A stretch of 64,000 nucleotides of DNA from Candidatus Latescibacterota bacterium. GTDB lineage: Bacteria > Latescibacterota > UBA2968 > UBA8231. Position numbers and translations under genes: made by a program. Shown one piece after another: positions 10,384 to 19,641 of this stretch. The DNA is taken from the NCBI GenBank assembly GCA_965203175.1, contig OZ241867.1:2912001-2976000 (forward strand). The letters run 5' to 3'. How positions within the stretch are numbered: the first letter of the stretch is position 1; each line of letters opens with the position of its first letter. Under the pieces are notes generated by a model, which saw only the letters and a list, made by a program, of their open reading frames with translations, searched no databases and had not been told where the DNA came from.

Positions 10384-11892
10384 GTGCTCGAACTGCAATC
10401 CATCAGCAAGCGCTTTCCCGGCGTCCGGGCACTGGATGACGTGTCGCTCTCGTTCCAGCCGGGCCAGATCCACGCCTTAGTCGGCGAAAACGGCGCAGGT
10501 AAGAGCACCCTGCTCAAAATTGTCACCGGGATATACCAGCCCGACGCCGGGAGGATGATCTTCGACGGTGCGCCGCTGCGCGTGCGCAACTGCCGCGACT
10601 GTCTCGACCGCGGCATTGGCTTGGTCCACCAAGAAATCCAGGTGGTAGCCGAGGCCAGCGTCGCCGAGAACATCATGCTCGACAAGTTGGACGACTTCAG
10701 CCGGTGGGGCCGCCTCGACTGGCCGCGGCTGGCCGATCAGGCGCAGGCTGCGATGGCGCGGGTCGGGCTGGACATCGACCCGCAAGTGCCCATTGGCGAT
10801 TTGAGCGCGGCGCACAAGCAGCTCGTGCAGATTGCCCGGGTGCTGTCGGCCGAGGCGCGGGTGTTGCTATTAGACGAGCCGACGTCGTCGCTTACCGAGC
10901 ACGAAGCGGCCCGCCTGTTTGGCATTTTGCGCCAGTTGCAGGAAGCGGGCGTGGCCATCGTCTTTGTCTCGCACAAGTTCGACGAGGTCTATCAAATCGG
11001 CGACCAAGTCAGCGTGTTGCGGGACGGGCGACACGTGGGTACGAGGAAATTGGCTGGCCTACCGCGCGCCGAGTTAATCGAGATGATGATCGGCCGGCGG
11101 GCAGAGACGGCTTCGTTTGGCATGCCAGTGGTGGATCGGGCGCGGGAGGTGCTCAGGGTCGAAGGGCTGTACGCGTTGGGCCAGACGCACGACGTGAGTT
11201 TTTCGCTCTACGCTGGCGAGATTTTGGGTTTGTACGGCTTGGTGGGAGCCGGGCGCACCGAGCTGGCGCGGTTGCTAGTCGGAGCCGAGCAGGCCGAGCG
11301 CGGTGCCGTCTATATCCACGGGACCAAAGCGCGGATCGGCTCGGTGGCTGACAGCCTGTACAAATACAGCATGGGCTATGTAACCGAAAACCGCAAAGAA
11401 GAGGGCCTGCTGCTGGAATCAGCCGTACGGACCAATCTCGGCATTACTATATGGGAGCGGATCGTTGGCAAGTTCACCCGCCGGATCGACGACCGGGCGG
11501 AGACCCAAAGCGCGCAGGCGATGATTGCAGCGCTGGATATTCGCACGACGGGTTTGGAGCAGGAGGTAGCTAACCTCAGCGGTGGCAATCAGCAGAAGGT
11601 CAGCTTGGGCAAGTGGCTGACGGCCGGCTGCGACATCCTGATCGTCGATGAGCCGACCGTTGGGGTGGATATCCAAGCCAAGGCACAGATCCACCGCTTG
11701 CTCTGGGACTTGGCGGCCAAAGAAGGTAAGGCCATCATTTTGATCTCGTCGGACATGCCGGAGATCATCAGCTTGGCGGGGCGGATTCTCGTCTTTAAGG
11801 ACAAGCAGATCGTCCACGAGATCGCCGAGATTCACGAGCAGGGCTTGAGCTACGACGCGATAAGCCGCCGCATCGGCCTGCATCTGAATTGA
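10384..11892 (+). CDS. Sugar ABC transporter ATP-binding protein (RbsA-like, two NBDs)
   Basis: GENGAGKST, LLLDEPT, LSGGNQQK, VDEPTVGVD. Confidence 0.93.
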   Translation: MLELQSISKRFPGVRALDDVSLSFQPGQIHALVGENGAGKSTLLKIVTGIYQPDAGRMIFDGAPLRVRNCRDCLDRGIGLVHQEIQVVAEASVAENIMLDKLDDFSRWGRLDWPRLADQAQAAMARVGLDIDPQVPIGDLSAAHKQLVQIARVLSAEARVLLLDEPTSSLTEHEAARLFGILRQLQEAGVAIVFVSHKFDEVYQIGDQVSVLRDGRHVGTRKLAGLPRAELIEMMIGRRAETASFGMPVVDRAREVLRVEGLYALGQTHDVSFSLYAGEILGLYGLVGAGRTELARLLVGAEQAERGAVYIHGTKARIGSVADSLYKYSMGYVTENRKEEGLLLESAVRTNLGITIWERIVGKFTRRIDDRAETQSAQAMIAALDIRTTGLEQEVANLSGGNQQKVSLGKWLTAGCDILIVDEPTVGVDIQAKAQIHRLLWDLAAKEGKAIILISSDMPEIISLAGRILVFKDKQIVHEIAEIHEQGLSYDAISRRIGLHLN

Positions 11893-11894
11893 TT

Positions 11895-12854
11895 ATGGAA
11901 CGCCTACGCAGACTCATGCAGCACAACGACTCGGGGATCGCCTTGTCCGCGGGGTTGTTGTTTGTGGGATGTGCGCTCAGCTCGGAGAGCTTTCTGTCGG
12001 CGTACAACCTCTTCAACATCTCGCGGATCGTTGCGTTCTCCGTGTTGGTGGCGCTGGCTCAGGCGCTGGTGCTGGTCGCTGGGGGGATGAATCTTTCCGT
12101 GGGGGCCATTGGCGGCTTGGCGACTATTACCACTGGGTACTGCATTCAGGTGTTGGGTTTGCCGGGGTGGTTAGCGGCGTTGGTAGCACTGGGGATTGGC
12201 GGTGTGGCCGGGTGGGTCAACGGGGTCATCATCACGCGGTTGCAGATCAATTCCTTTATCGCCACGCTGGCCACGCTTTTTGTCTTTACGGGGCTAGTGC
12301 ATGGGTTTTCCGAAGGCTACGCCTACACGGATATTCCACGGGAATTCACATTCTTAGGACGGCAGAAGTTTTTGGGACTGTCGAATTTGTTCTGGACGAT
12401 GGGGCTGGTATTGCTGGCGACGCACTACGCATTCCGGCACACGGTCTTCGGGCGGCGGCTGTTGGCGACTGGGGGGAATCAGGAGGCGGCTCGGTTGGCG
12501 GGGATCAATACCGACCGGATGATTTTGTTGTCGCACGTGCTGTCGGGCGGAGTGGGGGCGCTGGCCGCGGTGTTGTGGGTTTCGCGGATGGGGTCGGCGC
12601 AACCGGCGACGGGTAAGGACTGGCTGATCACTAGCTTTGCGGTGGCTATTGTCGGCGGGACTGGGCTGGCGGGAGGGCGCATCTCGGCGCTGGGACTGCT
12701 GTTAGGGGCGGTCATCATCGTCCTCATCAAAAATGGCTTGGTGATGCTGGAGGCCAACGTCTATTACGAGCAGGCGTTTTTGGGGTCGATAATCTTGTTG
12801 GCCGTGGTGGTGAGTCGGGTGCGGGATTTGTATGGGGGGCGAGGTGGAGGCTAG
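11895..12854 (+). CDS. Sugar ABC transporter permease (RbsC-like)
   Basis: GGMNLSVG, FGRRLLATGGNQEAARLAGI, IVGGTGLAGG. Confidence 0.92.
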   Translation: MERLRRLMQHNDSGIALSAGLLFVGCALSSESFLSAYNLFNISRIVAFSVLVALAQALVLVAGGMNLSVGAIGGLATITTGYCIQVLGLPGWLAALVALGIGGVAGWVNGVIITRLQINSFIATLATLFVFTGLVHGFSEGYAYTDIPREFTFLGRQKFLGLSNLFWTMGLVLLATHYAFRHTVFGRRLLATGGNQEAARLAGINTDRMILLSHVLSGGVGALAAVLWVSRMGSAQPATGKDWLITSFAVAIVGGTGLAGGRISALGLLLGAVIIVLIKNGLVMLEANVYYEQAFLGSIILLAVVVSRVRDLYGGRGGG

Positions 12855-12939
12855 CGAGTTGGTCTCAATCGGTCGCGAAAGCAGAGACGTTCATTAGGCC
12901 AGATGTCCTCTCGGGAAGTTGAGGTTATCGGTCTGTTCC

Positions 12940-12987
12940 TTGATTAGTAAAGTGCGATCTCATATAATGATACTATATCGATATCAT
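12940..12987 (+). promoter_or_regulatory. sigma70-type promoter of the first vapBC, with a downstream ATGATA...TATCAT palindrome (putative operator)
   Basis: TTGATT (12940-12945)-N17-TATAAT (12963-12968); RBS AAGGAGGT before 13017. Confidence 0.6.
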
Positions 12988-13016
12988 ACTTTAGTTTCAT
13001 TTTAAGGAGGTGCGCC

Positions 13017-13289
13017 TTGGCAGACATTCTGAAGAACATGACCCTACGCGGACTAGATCCCCAGCTTGCCGCTAAGTTGAGGGAGGAGGCCGAGCGGGAA
13101 GGCAAGAGCGTAAACCAGACGGCACTGGACGCCCTGCGCAAGCAGTTCGGATTGGACAAATCCCGTCGGTTCACCGAGGTCCATCACGACTTGGATCACC
13201 TTTTCGGACGCTGGGACGAGGACGAGTTCACCCAGATTCAGCAGAAGATCGACTCCGAGCGGCGCATTGATTCGGAACTGTGGCAGTGA
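13017..13289 (+). CDS. Ribbon-helix-helix antitoxin (FitA/VapB-like)
   Basis: MTLRGLDPQLAAKLREEAEREGKSVN; overlaps the PIN toxin gene. Confidence 0.8.
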   Translation: MADILKNMTLRGLDPQLAAKLREEAEREGKSVNQTALDALRKQFGLDKSRRFTEVHHDLDHLFGRWDEDEFTQIQQKIDSERRIDSELWQ

Positions 13290-13732
13290 ACGAATTCTTG
13301 ATTGATACCAATATCTACTCGCACGCCATGCGCGCAGAGCCGGCGGTTGTGTCTCTATTGCGGCGAGCCTCGCGGATCGTACTGAGTTCGATAAGCATAG
13401 GGGAACTGCTATCGGGCTTCAAGGGCGGGACACAGGAACGCAAAAACCGCGAAGAGTTGGCTGAATTCCTCGATACGCGACGCGTGTCGATATGTGGCGT
13501 CAGCGAGGATACAGCCGAGTTCTATGCCGAGGTCCTCAATGGGTTGAGGAATGCCGGAACTCCGATCCCGACGAACGACATCTGGATTGCGGCGCAGGCC
13601 ATGGAGCACGGTTTGCGATTGGTCTCGATGGATCGCCATTTCGCATCCGTGGCGGGGTTGCTTCTGGTTTCACCGGAGCCGTCCATGCCGCAAGGGGAGA
13701 ACGGAGAACCGGACGAACAACCGGGAAGCTGA
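13286..13732 (+). CDS. vapC: VapC PIN-domain toxin
   Basis: LIDTN, SIGEL, PIPTNDIWIAAQA, DRHF. Confidence 0.9.
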   Translation: MNEFLIDTNIYSHAMRAEPAVVSLLRRASRIVLSSISIGELLSGFKGGTQERKNREELAEFLDTRRVSICGVSEDTAEFYAEVLNGLRNAGTPIPTNDIWIAAQAMEHGLRLVSMDRHFASVAGLLLVSPEPSMPQGENGEPDEQPGS

Positions 13733-13783
13733 GCGGTTCCAGAAATAAATCAGGCTGCGAGCGTCGTTACACAAAGGCGAATT

Positions 13784-14818
13784 ATGTACCAACAGTTGGA
13801 CTCCATCACGCTCAAATCCGGTGAAGTTGTACAAGCTGGCGTCGTGCAAGGCCCTGATCTCGACTGGGCCGAGCGCGTCGAGACTCTATTGAGCCACAAA
13901 GGCCCGTCTTGGCGCTGGGGCAACGAACAGGTACTACGCACCCAGACGGGCCTCGACGTCTTCTTCTATCTGCTGCACCGCGATGGCGATCCCTTTGCCA
14001 ATATAATGACCATTGAATACCGCGGCGTGGGGCTGCTCGGTCATGTGTACACCCGTCCCGAAGACCGCCGCCAAGGCGCTGCCATGCAGCTAATGGCCTG
14101 TGTCATGGAGCACTTTAGGCAGCGCGGTGGCCAAGCCTTGTCCTTAGGTACGGGCTACGATACGCCGCCTTATCACATCTATCGGGTCAATGGCTTTGCC
14201 GGGGTCGAGCCTGAAAGCGGTTATATGGACTATTACAGCACCTCGCAAGACGAATTCGATACGGCTTATTTCGCGCCGGGTTCCACGGCTATAGAACCGG
14301 TTGGCTGGCTCCATTGGCCCGTTTCGATCCCTCTGTTCTTGGGTGATTTTCCCGGCGTGGTGCGCGGCACTGGCTTGGGTGTATGGGGTCGCCGCTCCAC
14401 TGAGGGGCCTTTGCTGCCCTTGCTGCAGGATTGTTTGGAACGCGACTCAAGCAACCTCCCACCCCGTGCGCTGGCTCTGGTGCAACAGGAGACCCGCGCC
14501 GTGGTGGGTTGGGCGATGTGGTCCGACCATCCGCTGTGGCCCGACACCTGTCTAGTGGACTTGTATTGCCATCCGGCTTTTTGGGAGGAGGGAGCCGCCT
14601 TGCTTCAGGCGCTAGAGCTACCGGGGAGCCATACGTGCTTGGCCTATTGTGACGCTGGGTTGCAACCCAAAGCTGCCGCTCTGACTGAGGCTGGCTTTCG
14701 TTGCAGCGCCACCTTAAACGAACGGGTCGCTGCTGATCGGGCGCAAACGGGTTGGGTGGATGTCGAGGTGTGGGAAAACAAGGGGAGTTTTCAAGCCGAC
14801 GGATTGGTGGTGCACTAA
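13784..14818 (+). CDS. GNAT-family N-acetyltransferase
   Basis: VYTRPEDRRQGAA acetyl-CoA motif; YHIYRVNGF. Confidence 0.75.
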   Translation: MYQQLDSITLKSGEVVQAGVVQGPDLDWAERVETLLSHKGPSWRWGNEQVLRTQTGLDVFFYLLHRDGDPFANIMTIEYRGVGLLGHVYTRPEDRRQGAAMQLMACVMEHFRQRGGQALSLGTGYDTPPYHIYRVNGFAGVEPESGYMDYYSTSQDEFDTAYFAPGSTAIEPVGWLHWPVSIPLFLGDFPGVVRGTGLGVWGRRSTEGPLLPLLQDCLERDSSNLPPRALALVQQETRAVVGWAMWSDHPLWPDTCLVDLYCHPAFWEEGAALLQALELPGSHTCLAYCDAGLQPKAAALTEAGFRCSATLNERVAADRAQTGWVDVEVWENKGSFQADGLVVH

Positions 14819-15156
14819 TGATACTCTATTTGTCGGGTCGGGATACGGATGATTTGCTGATGGTGTTGGAAGGGGTGACGGGCGTGGTGTTCAAACGGAG
14901 CGACGAGCGCAAGAAGCGAAAGTATTTTGAAAAGGGGGCGCGCAAGGATTCGATGGGCGAGGTTTCGGCGAAGGTTTTTCTCGGTAGTAGCGTCGAGGTG
15001 AAGGCACGAGCGGCGGTGCGGGAGATCGTGGTTGAGGGCGTGCGGTCGAAGCAGGTTGCGGTTGTAATAAAAGGCGAGGGAAATGCGGAGATCGCGTTGG
15101 CCGGGCCGAATCCTGACGAGGGACAATTACAGGCGTTGGCCGATCGGTTAATGTAG
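14818..15156 (+). CDS. Hypothetical protein
   Basis: ATG overlaps the GNAT stop (TAATG); no recognisable motif. Confidence 0.4.
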   Translation: MILYLSGRDTDDLLMVLEGVTGVVFKRSDERKKRKYFEKGARKDSMGEVSAKVFLGSSVEVKARAAVREIVVEGVRSKQVAVVIKGEGNAEIALAGPNPDEGQLQALADRLM

Positions 15157-15246
15157 GATGGGTACCTATTGAGTGTGAAGACGCCGATGACATGTTTCAG
15201 AAGCTCAATGTTTGATGCGGCGTCCCTCTGGTGGTTGTTGACAGGG

Positions 15247-15579
15247 TTACTCGGACACGCTCTTCTCCAGTGCTTGCATGATCCAGCTATTCAAGCTCAG
15301 ACCGCTCTCTGCCGCCGAGCGAGCAACGCGCTGATGCAAGTCTGGCCCGAGCCGAACGTTGAGCTTGCCTGAGAAAGGCCTTCGCGGCTCAATGCCGTCT
15401 TCCTCACAGGACTTGAGATACTCGTCGATGGAGCGATGGAACTCGCGCCGAATCCCCTCGACGTCAGTTGCCTCAAAGGTGGCAATCGAATAAGCGCCGC
15501 TGTTGACGACCCGTCCGTGAAGACATCCCACGGAATCGTCGAATTCGACCTTGGCGGCGTATCCTTTGTACTGCATCAT
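15247..15579 (-). CDS. hicB: HicB-family antitoxin
   Basis: YKGYAAKVEFD...PRRPFSGKLNVRLGPDLH...SLNSW. Confidence 0.92.
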   Translation of the reverse strand: MMQYKGYAAKVEFDDSVGCLHGRVVNSGAYSIATFEATDVEGIRREFHRSIDEYLKSCEEDGIEPRRPFSGKLNVRLGPDLHQRVARSAAESGLSLNSWIMQALEKSVSE

Positions 15580-15830
15580 GGCTTGACTCCTACGGCTTTG
15601 AGGAACGCGGCGATGTCGCGCACCGTCGCTCTCCCAGTCTCTGGCTCTGGATGGGGTCGGTGAACTACCATCCGTTCTGCTCCCTTCTTCAGCAGAATGC
15701 GCGACCCCGAACGCTGAGACACCTCCACGCCTGCTGCCTTCAGCATGGCAACGATGTCAGTCCACCGGATACCTGCTGGCGTCGGCGTCTTGAGCACATT
15801 CTCCAGCGTGCGCTGATGCTTCGCTCGCAT
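15576..15830 (-). CDS. hicA: HicA-family toxin
   Basis: IRWTDI...SGSR...HRPHP; 4-bp overlap with hicB. Confidence 0.9.
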   Translation of the reverse strand: MRAKHQRTLENVLKTPTPAGIRWTDIVAMLKAAGVEVSQRSGSRILLKKGAERMVVHRPHPEPETGRATVRDIAAFLKAVGVKP

Positions 15831-15839
15831 TACGATTTA

Positions 15840-15868
15840 ATGGTACTAAACGCAGTACCATGATGCAA
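15840..15868 (-). promoter_or_regulatory. hicAB promoter with a palindromic operator
   Basis: Minus strand TTGCAT-N17-TACCAT; inverted repeat ATGGTACT-N6-AGTACCAT (15840-15861); ATG 9 nt after the -10, no SD. Confidence 0.7.
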
Positions 15869-15959
15869 GTTTGTCCCGAGCTGCACGTTGAGCTTGCAGC
15901 TCGATGTCGTTTCCTCTTCATTGAATTTACAAACGCTCATCTTTAGCGGAGACGACAAC

Positions 15960-16331
15960 ATGAGTGACTTGAGTTTGCTGAGAGGGGTTTACGCCGATGT
16001 CGAGGCTTATGGCACCCTGATAGACAAGGTAATTGAACGGCTGGGGCGAGGGGAGACCGATCTGCCCGATCCAAATCAGAAGAAGCTCGGGCAGCTTCTC
16101 ATTGATACCAGTGATCAGGGCCTCGAATCACAGTCCCTTGAGGCGCTGACCTTGGACAGCTTGCTCTGGTCAAACACCGGCGAGCCTTTTACGGGTCTGG
16201 ATTTGAAGCAACTTGGCGAGCACCTTCTCAGCGGCCAAGTTGATGTCAGCTATCATAAAGAGCTAGAGACGCTTGCCCGAAGACTGGAAAGGGAGCGGGC
16301 GGAGATTGCCCGTCAACTATGGAGACGTTGA
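15960..16331 (+). CDS. Hypothetical helical protein
   Basis: ATG with GGAG RBS; 123 aa; stop overlaps the next ATG. Confidence 0.6.
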   Translation: MSDLSLLRGVYADVEAYGTLIDKVIERLGRGETDLPDPNQKKLGQLLIDTSDQGLESQSLEALTLDSLLWSNTGEPFTGLDLKQLGEHLLSGQVDVSYHKELETLARRLERERAEIARQLWRR

Positions 16332-16462
16332 TGATTGAAACCTATCTCATTGGGTCGGTCGGCCAATCGCTAAAGCGGATACGGCGACTGCAACAAATTA
16401 TCCAAGGACCGTATTCGCAGGAGATCGGGCTTTCAGGAGGGTACATCTTAGCCGTGTGGTAA
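16331..16462 (+). pseudogene. Probable truncated gene (43 codons, MIETYLIGSVGQ...)
   Basis: TGATG coupling to the upstream gene with GGAG RBS; ends just before the shift to low GC. Confidence 0.35.
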
Positions 16463-16548
16463 TGAGCCGAGTGTGGAACCTGTACGGCGGGCAGAGCGAA
16501 AGTCAAAAGAATAAGGACGTACCCACAACCAGAATAGGAGATAGCTCT

Positions 16549-16842
16549 ATGAAATTCTTGGATAAGATCAGTGGTAAAGCGGTAGAAGAGAAGATAGGGG
16601 AGTATAGCGAAGTATATGGGGAAGTTCTACTCGGCTTACACAAAGAATTAGAGAGACAGAATACCCTACTTGAAAAGCACGAGCAACAATTCAATTCTCA
16701 GGAAGAAAATTTGCATGAGCAAATTCAGCTCAAATCTCAGGTAAAAAAGCTGCATGGGCAAGTTCAACAGTTACGAATCCTCTGTGTTCTCTCATATGTT
16801 TTCGTTATCGGTGTGGGGGTAGTTATATGGATGATAAGTTAA
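16549..16842 (+). CDS. Small coiled-coil protein with a C-terminal TM helix
   Basis: RBS AGGAG; Q/E/K-rich heptads followed by ILCVLSYVFVIGVGVVIWM; low GC. Confidence 0.7.
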   Translation: MKFLDKISGKAVEEKIGEYSEVYGEVLLGLHKELERQNTLLEKHEQQFNSQEENLHEQIQLKSQVKKLHGQVQQLRILCVLSYVFVIGVGVVIWMIS

Positions 16843-17846
16843 GTTCTCTTGCCAATCGGTATCGAAACAACCGCGGATCAGATCAATCGGTTAGAGATGC
16901 TATAGTGGAACTTTATCAGCACTACGTCAAAAAGCGTGAACAGGCACTTATTGACGCAGCCGCAGCAGCTACGGCCGTGAGTGCGCTATTCCTTACCGAT
17001 CAGATTGATATGTCTCAAGTTACCCCACAGATGGCTGAGGCGTTTAGCTTAGCTTATCCAAATGTTGATCTTTCATCTCTAGCGGATCGCTCACCTGATG
17101 AGATCGAAGGGTTTCTCTCGGCTTGGAAAGGGAAGTATTTTGAAGTTCTCGTTCGAGATGAACTGAATGCAGGTGAATGGGTAGGTGATATTCACTTGGA
17201 ACCAGGACAGACAGCTCTGCTAGCGGAAAGCGCAACACAGCCGGGATGGGATCTGCAAATAATTAACAGTGATGGCTCGGTTGCCCAAGACCTCCAATTA
17301 AAAGCCACTGAGTCACTCTCTTATGTCAAAGAAGCATTAGAACGTTATCCAGATATTGATGTGCTAACAACGGATGAAGTGTTTAATGCTGGGGGGGATA
17401 CGGCGCAAAATATATTCTCTAGTGGCTTTTCAGATGAAGCACTAGAGGAGACTATCCGTGCTCCTATGGAAGATCTTCTTGACGGACCACTAGAAGAATT
17501 GCTTGAAACTGTTTTACCCGGTTTACCTTTTGCCTTAATTGCAGTAGGAGAAGGACGCAAGGTCCTGATGGGGCGCAAAACTTTCGATATTGCGATGCAG
17601 GATGGATTATCGAGAGCCGTAAAATCTGGAGCCGCTATTGGGGCTGGCGCACTTGTAGCATTTCTTGATGGTGGCCTATTAAGTATTCCTGCATCGTTCT
17701 TGACTCGTATGGGAATAGATCGCTACCAAATAATGGGACGATCTGTCATAAATTTGGATAGACGCATTGAGTCTATTCGCAGTTTAGAGTCTCGACCTCT
17801 TCTGCTCAATGCAGGTCGTAACGTGAGATTATCTCAGACCAGTTAG
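16827..17846 (+). CDS. Hypothetical protein with a PD-(D/E)XK-like core and C-terminal Gly/Ala-rich hydrophobic helices; last codons come from the IS end
   Basis: GKYFE...PGWD...QLKAT; GAAIGAGALVAFLDGG; the stop lies inside the IS left end. Confidence 0.65.
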   Translation: MDDKLSSLANRYRNNRGSDQSVRDAIVELYQHYVKKREQALIDAAAAATAVSALFLTDQIDMSQVTPQMAEAFSLAYPNVDLSSLADRSPDEIEGFLSAWKGKYFEVLVRDELNAGEWVGDIHLEPGQTALLAESATQPGWDLQIINSDGSVAQDLQLKATESLSYVKEALERYPDIDVLTTDEVFNAGGDTAQNIFSSGFSDEALEETIRAPMEDLLDGPLEELLETVLPGLPFALIAVGEGRKVLMGRKTFDIAMQDGLSRAVKSGAAIGAGALVAFLDGGLLSIPASFLTRMGIDRYQIMGRSVINLDRRIESIRSLESRPLLLNAGRNVRLSQTS

Positions 17847-19043
17847 GTCTAGTGCTGGCCTTGTGCTCTTTATTTATCTCTCCAAACCGCCAAGCAAGGA
17901 GGGATAAAGATGCAAGAGCCAAGACCAGCGTTGGAGAATTTGTGCTGTCTCAATACCCAATGCAAGACCTACGGCCAACGCGGCCAAGCCAACCTGCGGG
18001 TGCGCAAGATCTATGGGGCGGATCGGATTCGCTATCTGCGCTGTCGGTGCTGCGGCGAGGAATTCAGCGAGCGCAAAGGCACGGCGTTGTTTAACTGCAA
18101 GATCAGCGAGGCGCAAGCCGTGTCGGTGATGGAGCATCTGGATAGTGCCTGTGGCTTGAATGCCACGGCGCGCTTGGTGGGGGTATCCAAGGATGCGGTT
18201 GGTCGTCTGCTGCGCGTGGGGGGCCGGATCAGCTATCAACTGCATGATCGGCTGGTTCGTAACGTGCATCCAGCGGCCCTCCAGTTTGATGAGAAATGGT
18301 CGTATGTGGCCAAAAAACAACGGCACATGACGCCGATGGACGATCCGAGTGAACGGGGGGATTATTGGGATGCCAACAGCTTGGATCCGCAGAGCAAACT
18401 GCTGGTATCGCTGGTGCCTGGACGCCGTACGACCCGCACGATTCACCAAGTGGTGGCCGACGCGGCCGAGCGGCTGGCTGCCAAGGCGGGGCTGCCGGCG
18501 CTGTTTACCGATGGCGAACCGACCTATCGCGAAGCGATTGTAGCTACCTTTGGTCGGGCCTATCCCGTGCCGCGTCGAGGCCCCCGCGGCCGACCCCCGG
18601 CCCCGGTGGTGCGGATCCCCCAAGCGCTGGTGTATGCCCAGATTGTCAAACATCGGCAAGGGGGGCGGATCCAACAGATGGAAGTCCGACCGATCTTTGG
18701 CAAGGGCAAATTGGCCCAAGTCGTAGCCGATTTGGGCTGGACGAAAGCCAACACCAGCGCCATTGAGCGGTTCAACCTGACCGATCGGATGCGCAACGCA
18801 CGAAAGGGGCGCAAAACCCTGCACTTTTCGCGTCGGACGGATCGGCATGATGCCCTCAGTTGGATTGGTGCGGTGCGCTACAATTTTCATCATCCGCATC
18901 GGTCCTTGCGACAGCCGACGCAAGAAGGCCGATGGCAACACAGGAGTCCGGCGATGGCCGCCGGCATCGCCGATCATCTCTATTCCTCTCTGGAACTCAT
19001 GCGACTTTGTCCGGTTGGACTGAGATAATCACAAGCTACGACC
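17814..19043 (+). mobile_element. IS1-family insertion sequence, 1230 bp
   Basis: Terminal IRs GGTCGTAACGTGAGATTATCTCAGACCA and reverse-complement GGTCGTAGCTTGTGATTATCTCAGTCCA (24/28 match); no target-site duplication. Confidence 0.85.
17910..19028 (+). CDS. IS1-family transposase, single ORF
   Basis: Zn ribbon (CLNTQC...CRCC), HTH, DDE residues (QFDEKW, FTDG, IERFN). Confidence 0.88.
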   Translation: MQEPRPALENLCCLNTQCKTYGQRGQANLRVRKIYGADRIRYLRCRCCGEEFSERKGTALFNCKISEAQAVSVMEHLDSACGLNATARLVGVSKDAVGRLLRVGGRISYQLHDRLVRNVHPAALQFDEKWSYVAKKQRHMTPMDDPSERGDYWDANSLDPQSKLLVSLVPGRRTTRTIHQVVADAAERLAAKAGLPALFTDGEPTYREAIVATFGRAYPVPRRGPRGRPPAPVVRIPQALVYAQIVKHRQGGRIQQMEVRPIFGKGKLAQVVADLGWTKANTSAIERFNLTDRMRNARKGRKTLHFSRRTDRHDALSWIGAVRYNFHHPHRSLRQPTQEGRWQHRSPAMAAGIADHLYSSLELMRLCPVGLR

Positions 19044-19451
19044 GAAGATGACTCAGACTTGCAAGATCTTTGGGCTAAGTTACTTGTCAATTCTAGCACT
19101 GAAGCCAGTGGGATATCTCTCAACCGAATTTATATAGATATATTAGAAAGACTCAGTCCATTAGAAGCTCAAATTCTATCGGCCATCTATTCATTGCAAG
19201 AAATAGAAGAGCTTCAACATCTAGGTGTATTAACATCAGAGCTTCCACAGAAGGCGCTGCCCGCTACTGAGCAGGAAAAAAATCAGGCTATTGATCCTTC
19301 TGACGACGTCAAGCTCGCTCTAGCTAATTTAGCAAATATCGGTTGTATAAATATAGTTCGAACCCTAGGTGGGGGTGAAGCATTCGGGTGGGTTAATCCT
19401 ACTGTTCTTGGTAAGAGCTTTTATGAGGCATGTACTCTAAATAAGGGATGA
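19044..19451 (+). pseudogene. 5'-truncated Abi-alpha (DUF4393)-like gene
   Basis: The frame starts at the IS end as EDDSDLQDLWAKLLVNS...YIDILERLSPLEAQIL...LANLANIGCI...TVLGKSFYEAC; AT-rich. Confidence 0.65.
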
Positions 19452-19554
19452 TATTTAACAGGACCTCCTATTAGGCTTGCTACGCTACTTTAAGGTTAGA
19501 TGAAATAGGAAAAGTAAAATCAGATTCTTTAAGTATACCTCTATATTATCGAGA

Positions 19555-19580
19555 GTTATACTGCATTTTTGCAGTATGAC
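19555..19580. repeat. Inverted repeat/hairpin
   Basis: GTTATACTGCA-TTTT-TGCAGTATGAC. Confidence 0.5.
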
Positions 19581-19641
19581 CACTAGTTATGCAGTAGCAA
19601 GCTTATCACGACGGGCCCCGTCGTAGCCAGGATTGACCTAG

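Noticed and set aside
16450-16500. Group II intron domain V-like sequence (GAGCCG...GTACGG)
   Set aside because: Stem geometry and GNRA loop do not fit; no domain VI or RT is present.
17874-18977. 367-aa antisense ORF inside the IS
   Set aside because: Shadow of the transposase; no motifs.
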